From positions 1 through 43,568 of IMG/VR virus record IMGVR_UViG_3300017648_000005: 43,568 nucleotides of DNA; one strand, given 5' to 3'. Each line of letters starts with the position of its first letter. Positions within the stretch are counted from its first letter, which is position 1. The translations under genes and the position numbers were made by a program. The notes below the pieces were generated by a model. It was not told the origin of the DNA and did not search any database. It saw nothing but the letters and a program-made list of their open reading frames with translations. The stretch is from a virus. Its lineage: Duplodnaviria; Caudoviricetes. Below are positions 17,063-26,085 of this stretch, in pieces.

Positions 17063-17929
17063 ATGGCAGAAATCAAGTGGATCAAAATCACAACGGATAT
17101 GTTCGAGGACGAGAAAATCGACTTCATCTCAAGCTTACCTGAATCTGATGCAATCATCGTGATATGGATTCGTCTTCTCACATTAGCCGGGAAATGCAAT
17201 GCCGGGGGATATGTATTCTTGACCGAGAAAATCCCGTATACCGACGAAATGCTGGCTCATAAATTCAAAAAGCCATTGAATATTATCAAACTCGCGCTAG
17301 ATACATTCCGAAGGCTGGACATGATCGAGATGGACGAAAAGGGAATATACCTTCAAAACTGGGAGAAACATCAGAATTTCGAAGCCCTCGAAGCTTATCG
17401 AGAGCGTGAGCGGATTCGTAAGCAAGAATACCGTCAAAAGAAACGTTTGGAATTGTCCGGGACAAGTCCGGGACAGTCCCACAAAAATCCGCGCCTAGAT
17501 ATAGATATAGAAAAAGAATATGAAGAAGATTTAAGAAAGCCTGGAATCCTCGATGCTCATTATCAAGCATTCAAAAAATGGAACATGACATCAGCGATGG
17601 ATGATTATGTGAGAAACCTTAGAAACCGTGGTGTTCCTGAGGAATTTATCGTCGAAGTCATCTTAGAAATGGGTGAACGAGGGATCAGCCCGAACGTCAA
17701 GTACATGGTTAAAGTAGCGGAGGATTGGTTGAGTAAAGGCATCAAGAACAGAGAAGAAGCAAAAGCCTACAGCGAACGCTTGAAATCCAAAGTATCGCCT
17801 ATCAACAAGAACGGATCGAGTAGCAAACCCAAAATGCCCGTACACAAACCAAATAAAAGCACAGTCACAGATGAAGAATACGATGCCATATTACGCAAAA
17901 TCCGTGAGGCTGAGGCGTCAAATCAGTGA
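17063..17929 (+). CDS. Replication initiator (replisome organizer, DnaD-like C-terminal domain)
   Basis: MAEIKWIKITTDMFEDEKI N-terminus; YMVKVAEDWLSKGI motif. Confidence 0.9.
   Translation: MAEIKWIKITTDMFEDEKIDFISSLPESDAIIVIWIRLLTLAGKCNAGGYVFLTEKIPYTDEMLAHKFKKPLNIIKLALDTFRRLDMIEMDEKGIYLQNWEKHQNFEALEAYRERERIRKQEYRQKKRLELSGTSPGQSHKNPRLDIDIEKEYEEDLRKPGILDAHYQAFKKWNMTSAMDDYVRNLRNRGVPEEFIVEVILEMGERGISPNVKYMVKVAEDWLSKGIKNREEAKAYSERLKSKVSPINKNGSSSKPKMPVHKPNKSTVTDEEYDAILRKIREAEASNQ
17455..17510. other. Putative replication origin (iterons)
   Basis: GTCCGGGACA x2 plus GTCCCACA and ATATAG repeats inside initiator gene. Confidence 0.6.
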
Positions 17930-17972
17930 GCTGGAATCAAGTCAAGAAGTGGGAAATAGGGGAGGGAAAGGC

Positions 17973-18788
17973 ATGTTGACCTTCTACGATGCGTTTCACG
18001 GTATCGGAGGATTTAGATACGGATTAGAACAAGCTGGCATGAAATGTATCGGAGGCTGCGAGATTGATAAATATGCTTGTAAAGCATACGGGGTGATTAA
18101 CAATGAGCGATGCGAACCAACTGACATTAGACATGTGGATGCCGGAAGCCTTCCAAGCTTCGACTGTCTCGTTTTCGGATGGCCTTGCCAAGATAATTCC
18201 ATTGCTGGAAAGCGAAATGGACAACGAGAAGGAACTCGAAGCGGCCTATTGTTTGAAGCAGCTCGAATATTACGGGTTAAACAGCCCAAGTATTTTATCG
18301 CTGAAAACGTACCAGGTCTGTTTTCCGTCAATGACGGAATCGACTTCTACAAAACAATTCGACTGTTCACCGACTTGGGGTATGACTGTCAATGGCAAGT
18401 ACTTAATTCAAGGTGGTTTCTCCCCCACAATCGAGAGCGGATTTTCTTTGTCGGACATCTTGGAAGATTATCCAGACCAAGAGTATTTCCTTTCACTGAA
18501 CAGCATTGGATTTCTGGCGAATCACGCAGGGAAGAGGGGGCGATATCTCCTTGTTTACGAGCAAAGTTGGGGGGGGCTGATATCGAAGAAGTTTACGTCA
18601 TCGACCCAAATCGAGGAGTACGCCGCGCAACAATCTTGGAGCGTTTCCGTCTCCAAGGCTACCCAGACGAATGGTACTACAAATGCAAAGAAGCCGGCAT
18701 AAGCAAAACACAACTTAGTAAAATGGCAGGCAATGGAGTTAGTAGTCCAGTTGCAAGAGAAATCGGGAAAAGGTTGGTTGCATCATAA
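17973..18788 (+). CDS. DNA (cytosine-5) methyltransferase
   Basis: FHGIGG, GWPCQ, ENV, RERIF, GNGV motifs. Confidence 0.92.
   Translation: MLTFYDAFHGIGGFRYGLEQAGMKCIGGCEIDKYACKAYGVINNERCEPTDIRHVDAGSLPSFDCLVFGWPCQDNSIAGKRNGQREGTRSGLLFEAARILRVKQPKYFIAENVPGLFSVNDGIDFYKTIRLFTDLGYDCQWQVLNSRWFLPHNRERIFFVGHLGRLSRPRVFPFTEQHWISGESRREEGAISPCLRAKLGGADIEEVYVIDPNRGVRRATILERFRLQGYPDEWYYKCKEAGISKTQLSKMAGNGVSSPVAREIGKRLVAS
18103..18702 (+). CDS. Nested alternative-frame ORF resembling an M.EcoHK31I beta-type subunit
   Basis: 199 aa in shifted frame; GGGGTGA RBS; WGM..NG and SLSDILE..PD.EYFLS motifs. Confidence 0.6.
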   Translation: MSDANQLTLDMWMPEAFQASTVSFSDGLAKIIPLLESEMDNEKELEAAYCLKQLEYYGLNSPSILSLKTYQVCFPSMTESTSTKQFDCSPTWGMTVNGKYLIQGGFSPTIESGFSLSDILEDYPDQEYFLSLNSIGFLANHAGKRGRYLLVYEQSWGGLISKKFTSSTQIEEYAAQQSWSVSVSKATQTNGTTNAKKPA

Positions 18789-18811
18789 TTTTTATGGAGA
18801 GGAGCAATCAC

Positions 18812-19051
18812 ATGACACCCAAACAAGAAAACGAACTCTACGAAAGCTGGTTCAGCCTATATCCAGAAATCATGAACGATATCAAACACCGAGACATTGA
18901 CCAATTACAACATCGACTATTGCGAATCTATAACGAATGCGTGATGTTCGGCGTGCCGTGTAGAGCTGCAGAAGCGTTTTTGAGGGAACGGGCATGGGAA
19001 TTAGGCGTAACCTTTACCCCACCGAGTCGAACGCGAAGGAAAGCGGGGTGA
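18812..19051 (+). CDS. Hypothetical protein
   Basis: GAGGAG RBS. Confidence 0.6.
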   Translation: MTPKQENELYESWFSLYPEIMNDIKHRDIDQLQHRLLRIYNECVMFGVPCRAAEAFLRERAWELGVTFTPPSRTRRKAG

Positions 19052-19055
19052 GGAT

Positions 19056-19262
19056 GTGAGAGAGAAGATCGAACAGGTGATTAAGGAGTTGGAAGAACTC
19101 GAATCAGCTTCCGAAAGACTTGCAAGCATGTCGATTGATGACTACGACGTAGGAAGGCATGCAGGAAGATCAAATGCATATCGAATCGCAATTACCAAAC
19201 TCAATGCCATCATCGCAGAAGACCGTACCGCAGAAGCCGAGGAAACGAGGTGTAGAGGGTGA
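19056..19262 (+). CDS. Hypothetical protein
   Basis: Operon context. Confidence 0.55.
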   Translation: MREKIEQVIKELEELESASERLASMSIDDYDVGRHAGRSNAYRIAITKLNAIIAEDRTAEAEETRCRG

Positions 19263-19618
19263 AACTGATCATACCAGGACGACCAGTACCAGCAGTAAGG
19301 ATGACACAACGAAGCAAGTATAAAAGCAAGCAGGCGCAGCGATACCTTGACTATAAAGAGCAGATCGGATGGACAGCAAAAGCAGCAGGAGCACTACCAA
19401 GACATTCGCCATATGAAGTCACCGCAACCGTCTATATTGACCGAAAAAAGCCTGACATGGACGTTGATAACCTAGCAAAAGCATTTTTGGACGGACTGAA
19501 CACAATCGCGTGGCATGACGATCGGCAAGTGGTACTGCTGCACGTTAAGAAAATCTATGTCAACGGCGAAGAGGAATGTGCCGAAATCGAAATCAATGAG
19601 TTAGGAGGGATCGTATGA
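19259..19618 (+). CDS. rusA: RusA-family Holliday junction resolvase
   Basis: DVDNLAKAFLDGLN...WHDDRQV. Confidence 0.92.
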   Translation: MKLIIPGRPVPAVRMTQRSKYKSKQAQRYLDYKEQIGWTAKAAGALPRHSPYEVTATVYIDRKKPDMDVDNLAKAFLDGLNTIAWHDDRQVVLLHVKKIYVNGEEECAEIEINELGGIV

Positions 19619-19949
19619 AATGTTCTAAATGCGGGAAGTCAATGGTATTTGTTGTATCGAACAACGGAACGGAAGGAAAGTATATGTGCTTGAATGAAAA
19701 AAATGTTCAAGCGGAGGATGTGAATGAAAGGAGTGATAAAAATGCGCAAGATAGCACATTGGATAGATCGACCCCATTATAGTATCGCAGAAAATATAGA
19801 GGGAAAACCAGTAGGGGTTTTAATGCCGATAGAATCGTGCGAAAACAAAGCATTACCATTCAGGGGTACGAATACAAGTGGAGACCCGCCAAAGGGTGCA
19901 TAACCCCCTAGTAACACCTATCAAAAAACCTAACATGGAGGGTATTAGC

Positions 19950-20216
19950 ATGGCCTATTCACGCGATGAATACGAAACGACCTGCAATTATGATTATCTG
20001 ACCAAAACATGGGACGTGTACACGAGCGTTCCGACGCACATCACGAAGCTGTCGAAAATGAGCGAACCTTACTGGAAGGAGGAAGAACCGGACGTACACG
20101 GTAATCCGCGAATGATCGCGGGGAAATGGCGACTATCGAAAAGCCAAGTGCGATTTGCAAAGCTGATGGCGGTAAAAGCCGACGATGACGATGAAGCCGA
20201 AGAAGAAAGCGCATGA
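19950..20216 (+). CDS. Hypothetical protein
   Basis: GGAGG RBS; ETT..YD...W.VYT motif. Confidence 0.65.
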   Translation: MAYSRDEYETTCNYDYLTKTWDVYTSVPTHITKLSKMSEPYWKEEEPDVHGNPRMIAGKWRLSKSQVRFAKLMAVKADDDDEAEEESA

Positions 20217-20250
20217 GCAGGGAATATGCTTGGGAGGGGGTGAAAGAGGG

Positions 20251-20511
20251 ATGTTAGAAGTGGAATGGGATGATAACATTAATTGTTTTTGGTATGGCGC
20301 CAATGGTTGTGAATATATCGCATGGAAAGGATCTCATCATGTGTTCGTATTTCCTACATGGGAATATCCGAAACCGCCAAGCGAAATCATCCAACATAAC
20401 ACACGGATTGAAACGGTAGAAGAGTTTGAAAAAGCACTAGAGATGGGAGAGCGCATGAAAGTAACTTATGAACGCATGAATAGCAGCATCGAATCGACCG
20501 AATCCGCTTAG
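20251..20511 (+). CDS. Hypothetical protein (cassette-like)
   Basis: Ends in TESA* encoded by family-A copy 4. Confidence 0.7.
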   Translation: MLEVEWDDNINCFWYGANGCEYIAWKGSHHVFVFPTWEYPKPPSEIIQHNTRIETVEEFEKALEMGERMKVTYERMNSSIESTESA

Positions 20512-20525
20512 CGAAGCGGTAGCCG
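20489..20525 (+). repeat. Family-A repeat, copy 4
   Basis: TCGAATCGACCGAATCCGCTTAGCGAAGCGGTAGCCG. Confidence 0.92.
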
Positions 20526-20554
20526 AAAAATGATTGAAAGGGGTGAAAGAGGGG

Positions 20555-20773
20555 ATGAAAAAAGCAAAAGTAACGGTGACAATCACAAGGATTATTAATC
20601 TTGATCCAGACATCTTTAATTACTTGGAAAATGCCACGCCAGAAGCAATGTTGGCAGAGGAAATTCGGTATGCCGAGGATTTTCCGCATGATTGGATGGA
20701 AGAAAATAATGTGCAATGGAAAACAACAGGTGAGATTATCGAGGAAAACTCCGATCCGACCGAATCCGCTTAG
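20555..20773 (+). CDS. Hypothetical protein (cassette-like)
   Basis: Ends in TESA* encoded by family-A copy 5. Confidence 0.7.
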   Translation: MKKAKVTVTITRIINLDPDIFNYLENATPEAMLAEEIRYAEDFPHDWMEENNVQWKTTGEIIEENSDPTESA

Positions 20774-20787
20774 CGAAGCGGTAGCCG
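20751..20787 (+). repeat. Family-A repeat, copy 5
   Basis: Last 31 nt identical to copy 4. Confidence 0.92.
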
Positions 20788-20865
20788 ACAAAGGGCAGCT
20801 ATGATAATATAGTCATAGACATAACCTATGGACGGAACAAATATTATAGTTTGGAGTGATAAAGA

Positions 20866-21867
20866 GTGAATGAAAAATTAAGCTACAACGAAGCAATCGC
20901 ATTAGGACTTACAGAACTTTACCGTCGTCGTGACGAAATGGCCGATACGGGTGAAATCGACCCGAGCAATTGGAACACGATCCAGAACGCCATATCGCAC
21001 CTGGAGAGCCAACAGGCGAATGAGCAGGCGGCAGAAGAACGTCAACAGAAGCAAGCGGAACAAATCGATAAGCTACTGGCCGAGATTCAAGAAACAAACC
21101 CATTCGGCAAAATGTTTCCCAAGGAGACATTTGAAGAGTTGTTCGGCCCCAACGAATACACCGTTATGCAACAACAACTGCACCAGTTTATCTACGGATG
21201 CATCGTAGACGGCCAAAAATCGCTCGAAAAGCTATACAAAGACGAATTGGACCAGAAAAACGAGCAAATCCGCAAACTAACCAACGAAATCAAAGTTGCC
21301 GAAAATCAAATTGCCGAATTTATCGATCAACTCGCCACGTCGAATACAAATCTACAGCTCGCAAAGGAAGAGTTGAAAGAAGTATACCGAGAAAATAAGC
21401 AACTGAAAGATGAAGTCCGCGTCAAAGGCGAAGAAATCGCAAAGTTATCGGACAAACTGAAAGATCGTGATGAGCCGAATGTAGATACGGAAGGCGGCAT
21501 CCAAGAACGCGCTGGAAGTCTGAAACCGTTCGACGTTGATGCTATGATCGCACGATTCAATTCACGGCAGAAAGAAGATGAACATAAGGTGCCGATTGCA
21601 ATCCCGACGTTTGGGGGTGAGCCTGAAGGCGCATCGTTTCGTGAGGAAACTACTGAATCTGAGTCTGGAAACAGTGGGGTTTCTGCTACCGAAACGACTG
21701 AGGTAACGTTTCAGGAATCCACCGATAGTTCATCTTTCGGGCTATCTGAGAGTGCAGAGACGGATGATAGAGGAATGGGAACGGTCACGCGGGAAGAGTT
21801 TGAAGCGGCGTTGAAACGCATTGATCGGCTGGAAGAACGGGCAAATATTAATCGGGAGGTAGCGTAA
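20866..21867 (+). CDS. Coiled-coil protein with acidic C-terminal region
   Basis: 333-aa ORF; heptad pattern. Confidence 0.75.
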   Translation: MNEKLSYNEAIALGLTELYRRRDEMADTGEIDPSNWNTIQNAISHLESQQANEQAAEERQQKQAEQIDKLLAEIQETNPFGKMFPKETFEELFGPNEYTVMQQQLHQFIYGCIVDGQKSLEKLYKDELDQKNEQIRKLTNEIKVAENQIAEFIDQLATSNTNLQLAKEELKEVYRENKQLKDEVRVKGEEIAKLSDKLKDRDEPNVDTEGGIQERAGSLKPFDVDAMIARFNSRQKEDEHKVPIAIPTFGGEPEGASFREETTESESGNSGVSATETTEVTFQESTDSSSFGLSESAETDDRGMGTVTREEFEAALKRIDRLEERANINREVA

Positions 21868-21868
21868 A

Positions 21869-22090
21869 ATGGACGAGAAGATTCTTGAAGGAATGCGCGA
21901 ATGCGTCAAGGTACAAGGATACGATGGAAATTGGAACTATGATCCGTATATGCAGGGCATGTACAACGGTATGGAACTTATGCTTGCAATTGTCGAAGGT
22001 CACCAACCAGAGTACAAGGAAGCACCAGAAGAATGGAGAAAAGACATGCACAAGGTCGAAAAACCGGTAGCGCAGGAATCGGCATCTTAA
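21869..22090 (+). CDS. Conserved-looking phage protein
   Basis: GNWNYDPYMQGMYNGMEL; GGAGG RBS. Confidence 0.7.
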   Translation: MDEKILEGMRECVKVQGYDGNWNYDPYMQGMYNGMELMLAIVEGHQPEYKEAPEEWRKDMHKVEKPVAQESAS

Positions 22091-22110
22091 CACAAAGGAG
22101 GGCGTTCGGC

Positions 22111-22548
22111 ATGGATAGACTCAAAAGCTATCGCGATTTATGCAAAGAAATCGAACTTTGGGAAATCCGCTTATGGGACTTGGAAGGCGAACGTCGGTTA
22201 CTTATGAAGCAAATGATGAATCCCCCACAGGTCAAATTGTGTGCGAATTACAGCGGCATGCCGGGAGCTGGGGCACGGATCATCGACCTACCCAAAGCAT
22301 GGACGCAGATGCAGGATATCGAACAGCGGATCGGGGAATGTAAGGACGTGCTAAGTCTCAAGCGTGAAACCAAGCGACGCATGGAAAAGGTGCTGAGTGA
22401 GTTTGAAAGCTTGGAATATCGTGTCGCCTATATGCGGGATGTGGAGCAAAAGCCGTTGTACAAGATCGCCGAGGAAATGGGATACTCTTACGATTGGATT
22501 CGGCGTATTAGTTCAAGATTGCGCAGATTGGAGAAAATCCCCTCATGA
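22111..22548 (+). CDS. ArpU/RinA-like late transcriptional activator
   Basis: C-terminal sigma4-like HTH (KIAEEMGYSYDWIRRI); precedes packaging genes. Confidence 0.8.
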   Translation: MDRLKSYRDLCKEIELWEIRLWDLEGERRLLMKQMMNPPQVKLCANYSGMPGAGARIIDLPKAWTQMQDIEQRIGECKDVLSLKRETKRRMEKVLSEFESLEYRVAYMRDVEQKPLYKIAEEMGYSYDWIRRISSRLRRLEKIPS

Positions 22549-22562
22549 CGAGGGGGTTTTTT
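22534..22562. terminator. Bidirectional intrinsic terminator
   Basis: AAAATCCCCTC/GAGGGGGTTTTTT between convergent genes. Confidence 0.75.
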
Positions 22563-22577
22563 AGTCGTTCAGATATT

Positions 22578-22760
22578 TCATTTCTTTCGCCAGTGATCGG
22601 GATACGATGGATTAGGTTGCTCCTTTGCCAATATCCACGTCTTACCGATTAACCTCGCAACCACCTTGCCATTCCTGCACAGACGTTTGATATGGTCTTG
22701 GGTGAGACCCCAACGTTCGGCAGCCTCTTCCGTTCCCATGATTTGATCGAGTGGATTCAA
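22578..22760 (-). CDS. Small HTH DNA-binding protein (Aca-like autorepressor candidate)
   Basis: GTEEAAERWGLTQDHIKRLC...GKTWI excisionase-like HTH; AAGGAGG RBS. Confidence 0.8.
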   Translation of the reverse strand: MNPLDQIMGTEEAAERWGLTQDHIKRLCRNGKVVARLIGKTWILAKEQPNPSYPDHWRKK

Positions 22761-22783
22761 TATATCGCCTCCTTGCTGACTGA

Positions 22784-23215
22784 TTAAAATATTTTCGCGA
22801 TCACAACTGCATCTTTGATTAGGATTTCTCCCGGATCGGGATTATCATGATGTCCAACGCGGGTTCCTGCGATCACGTAGCAGTGGTATGAATTAAACAG
22901 CCCCACTAATGAATACTTATTGTCAGATTCACTCGGACGACCACTGCCCCAACCAGGGTAAAACTCGTCGTTGTACTCATACGGAGACATATCCCATGCA
23001 CTCGTGCCATCCAGTTCCGGAAGTTCGTCATACTCTTCCGTACCAAACTCGGGAAATTCCCGCTCGTCTTCCCGTTCAGGATTATGCTTGCTCCACTCGC
23101 ATTCCTCGCCGATTACACGCTCTCTATCCTCGAACCGCAATCCAATGTACCGATATTTCCCTTCGTTCTCGGCGTAGACCGATTTGACCCTTTCATACAT
23201 TTCAGTGACGTTCAT
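22784..23215 (-). CDS. Acidic hypothetical protein (anti-defence candidate)
   Basis: AAGGAGG RBS; about 32 D/E vs 15 K/R; own promoter. Confidence 0.8.
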   Translation of the reverse strand: MNVTEMYERVKSVYAENEGKYRYIGLRFEDRERVIGEECEWSKHNPEREDEREFPEFGTEEYDELPELDGTSAWDMSPYEYNDEFYPGWGSGRPSESDNKYSLVGLFNSYHCYVIAGTRVGHHDNPDPGEILIKDAVVIAKIF

Positions 23216-23235
23216 TTCGTATTCCTCCTTGGTAT

Positions 23236-23289
23236 GCCCGATATCGGACTTGTTGATTACAATATATCACGCCCGATAACGGGCGTCAA
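23236..23289 (-). promoter_or_regulatory. Promoter with two palindromic operators
   Basis: TTGACG-17bp-TATATT; ACGCCCG-TTAT-CGGGCGT over the spacer; GTCCGATATCGGGC downstream. Confidence 0.85.
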
Positions 23290-23312
23290 TAGGGTTTTAA
23301 AAGTTTTTTTCA

Positions 23313-23357
23313 TCGATCCGACCGAATCAGCTCAGGGAACGGATTGACCGGGGGCCG
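23313..23357 (+). repeat. Family-A repeat, copy 6
   Basis: TCGATCCGACCGAATC...GGGGGCCG with longer inner segment. Confidence 0.75.
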
Positions 23358-23484
23358 AAAGAGTACACAACAAGCCACAGACATCTAGTAATTATCATGA
23401 TAATATGATATCAGGATATTCACGCCGAACATCCCAAAGGAGTCAGCATAGCGCTGGCTCTTTTCTATTTGCGAAGGAGGAACA

Positions 23485-23826
23485 ATGATGAAAAAGAGAC
23501 TGACAAAGAAATGGATCAATCGATATATTAACCCACTCATTGAAAATCTGCCGACAACGAACATGAGAGGGTGGGAAATTGATAAGGAAGACGGCATAAT
23601 CGAGTGGGTCGAAGGATTAAACCATTCCATCAAAAGGGGGTACATCATGGACGAAGGCAATATCGTCCCCTATGGCGGTGGAATGAGACAAGAAATCATT
23701 CGCGCATCGGAAAACATCAAGAAGATCATGAGTACGTATAAACATGTTTATATCCGCGTAAAGCCGGAAACAAGAAATAATCGCTTATACATGCGACTTA
23801 TCACGGAGAAGGTGAAACAAATATGA
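23485..23826 (+). CDS. Hypothetical protein
   Basis: AAGGAGG RBS. Confidence 0.7.
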   Translation: MMKKRLTKKWINRYINPLIENLPTTNMRGWEIDKEDGIIEWVEGLNHSIKRGYIMDEGNIVPYGGGMRQEIIRASENIKKIMSTYKHVYIRVKPETRNNRLYMRLITEKVKQI

Positions 23827-24050
23827 AGGAACCGAAACGTTACGAATGCTTGGAATGCGGAGCAAAGAGCAAGCGATGCAAAGTATGGCGTCCTACTCCA
23901 TATATAGGATTCGCACGGTGCTATAAATGTCGCGGAACCGTGAAGGAACGGCAAGAGTGGCTAGATTGGTTGCACGATCAACAAAGGCGACAAATCGATA
24001 GTGCGAAGATGAACGGCGACGGAAAGATTTTAGGCGTTAATATAGTTTGA
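23823..24050 (+). CDS. Zinc-ribbon protein
   Basis: CLEC...CYKC. Confidence 0.6.
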   Translation: MKEPKRYECLECGAKSKRCKVWRPTPYIGFARCYKCRGTVKERQEWLDWLHDQQRRQIDSAKMNGDGKILGVNIV

Positions 24051-24182
24051 TATGGATAATATTGCTCTGTAAATGTCCAATTTTGGCGGGGGAATATCTG
24101 ATTTTATGAATTATCTACTCATACTCATGTGGGCGGTAACGCTCATTTTTACTTTTAGGGAAATGTGGAAGGAGTGAGAGGG

Positions 24183-24611
24183 ATGGCATTGACGGATAAG
24201 CAAGAATTATTCTGCATGGAGTATATGAAAGACCTCAATGCCACGCAGGCAGCAATCCGTGCAGGATACAGTAAGAACACAGCAAAGCAGATTGGAACAG
24301 AAAACCTTGCAAAACCTGCCGTTCGTGCGCGTATAGACGAATTGTTGGATATGCGCAAGGAAAAAATCGAAGTCGATGCAGATTGGGTGTTGAATCGACT
24401 CATGCAAATTGTAGATCGGTCGATGAAACAGGAACCTGTAATGAAATGGGACTACGAAAAACGAGAACTGATAGAAACCGGCGAATACGCATACGACAGC
24501 CAAGGCGCAAACCGAGCGCTTGAACTGCTCGGAAAACATCTTGGTATGTTTAAAGATAAAATCGAACACAGCGGAAATATCGGCGTACAAATCGTCGATG
24601 ATATCAAATGA
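24183..24611 (+). CDS. terS: Terminase small subunit
   Basis: LTDKQELFC.EY.KDLNATQAAIRAGYS; ALELLGKHLGMF. Confidence 0.95.
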   Translation: MALTDKQELFCMEYMKDLNATQAAIRAGYSKNTAKQIGTENLAKPAVRARIDELLDMRKEKIEVDADWVLNRLMQIVDRSMKQEPVMKWDYEKRELIETGEYAYDSQGANRALELLGKHLGMFKDKIEHSGNIGVQIVDDIK

Positions 24612-25927
24612 GATTGTCAGAGTGCATTGCGCCAAGCTTTTACGATGTACACAAAGACATTAAACAAGGTAAACATACGCATTACTGGCTTAAAGGCGGT
24701 CGTGGTTCAACGAAATCGTCGTGTGTCGCAATCGAAATCATACTCGGCATCATGAAGGACAAGAACGCCAATGCGGTTGCATTACGGAAGGTCAAAGATA
24801 CCTTACATGATTCTGTGTATGAGCAATTCGCCTGGGCGATTGATATATTAGGCGTGAACGAATACTGGGATGCAAAAATAAGCCCATTATCGTTTACCTA
24901 CTTACCAACCGGACAAAAAATTATATTCCGTGGCGCGGATAAACCCAAAAAAATCAAATCGATCAAATTCGCCCGTGGATATTGCAAATATATCTGGTAC
25001 GAGGAACTAGACGAATTCAATGGCATGGATGAGATTCGGATGATTAACCAATCGTTAATGCGGGGTGGAGAAAAGTTTTACGTATTCTACACGTATAACC
25101 CGCCAAAAAGCATTAACAGTTGGGTCAATACCGAAGCAAAACTGACAAGAGATGATCGTCTTGTTCATCACAGCACTTATATATCCGTTCCGCGAGAATG
25201 GCTAGGCGAACAGTTCATTATCGAAGCTGAGCATTTAAAGGCAACCAAGCCAAAGGAGTATGAACATGAATACTTAGGCGAAGAAACCGGGACAGGCGGC
25301 GAAGTATTCGATAATGTGCAGATTCGTCGGATTAGCAACGAGGAAATTGCGGAATTTGAAAATATATACCGAGGTCTGGACTTTGGATTTGCCATTGATC
25401 CGCTTGCTTACGTGGTCTGCAATTACGACCGCAAACACAAGCGGCTTTATATTTTTCATGAGCATTACAAAGTCGGATTATCCAACAAAGCAGCATATGA
25501 ACATATCTCGGAAGAGAACAAACGTAATGAGGTAGTATATGCTGATTCATCCGAACCAAAAAGCATTTACGAATTGATTCAATACGGACTTCGCGTGATC
25601 GGCGTTAAGAAGGGGCCAGATTCGGTTGAATACGGGATAAAGTTCTTACAAAGCATGGAATCCATCATAATCGACGACAAGCGTTGTCCTGAAACAGCAA
25701 GAGAATTCATGAGTTACGAGCTCGAAAAAGACGTGAATGGGAATTTTAAGTCGAAGTTTCCCGATAAGAACAATCATGCTATCGATGCTGTACGTTATGC
25801 GTTGAATCTTGAGTGGATCAAGCACAAGGAAAGAAAACCAGAAAAGAAAGTACCTTCCGGCTTTTACGTAGGCCGAGAACTCGAAGACCTGGGATATACC
25901 AAACGCGAGATTAGGAGGGCGAGATAA
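24608..25927 (+). CDS. terL: Terminase large subunit (PBSX-type)
   Basis: GGRGSTKS Walker A, WYEE Walker B, GLDFGF, NHAIDAVRY. Confidence 0.96.
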   Translation: MRLSECIAPSFYDVHKDIKQGKHTHYWLKGGRGSTKSSCVAIEIILGIMKDKNANAVALRKVKDTLHDSVYEQFAWAIDILGVNEYWDAKISPLSFTYLPTGQKIIFRGADKPKKIKSIKFARGYCKYIWYEELDEFNGMDEIRMINQSLMRGGEKFYVFYTYNPPKSINSWVNTEAKLTRDDRLVHHSTYISVPREWLGEQFIIEAEHLKATKPKEYEHEYLGEETGTGGEVFDNVQIRRISNEEIAEFENIYRGLDFGFAIDPLAYVVCNYDRKHKRLYIFHEHYKVGLSNKAAYEHISEENKRNEVVYADSSEPKSIYELIQYGLRVIGVKKGPDSVEYGIKFLQSMESIIIDDKRCPETAREFMSYELEKDVNGNFKSKFPDKNNHAIDAVRYALNLEWIKHKERKPEKKVPSGFYVGRELEDLGYTKREIRRAR

Positions 25928-26085
25928 TGGACAAGTGCCCACATTGCAAAGGGACAGACATCGACCGAGCAAAAAATGATTGCGGACATTTTAAAGGCGA
26001 TAAGACAAAGCCCATTCGTATGTATCAATACCTGTGTAAAACATGTGGATATGTCGGTACGTTCGCCAAGGAGGACAAGCCATGA
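25927..26085 (+). CDS. Small zinc-ribbon protein
   Basis: MDKCPHC...CKTCG; AGGAGG RBS. Confidence 0.6.
   Translation: MDKCPHCKGTDIDRAKNDCGHFKGDKTKPIRMYQYLCKTCGYVGTFAKEDKP

Noticed and set aside
20489-20787. CRISPR mini-array from the repeated 37-mers
   Set aside because: Copies are separated by whole genes rather than 30-40 nt spacers, occur in both orientations, and there are no cas genes
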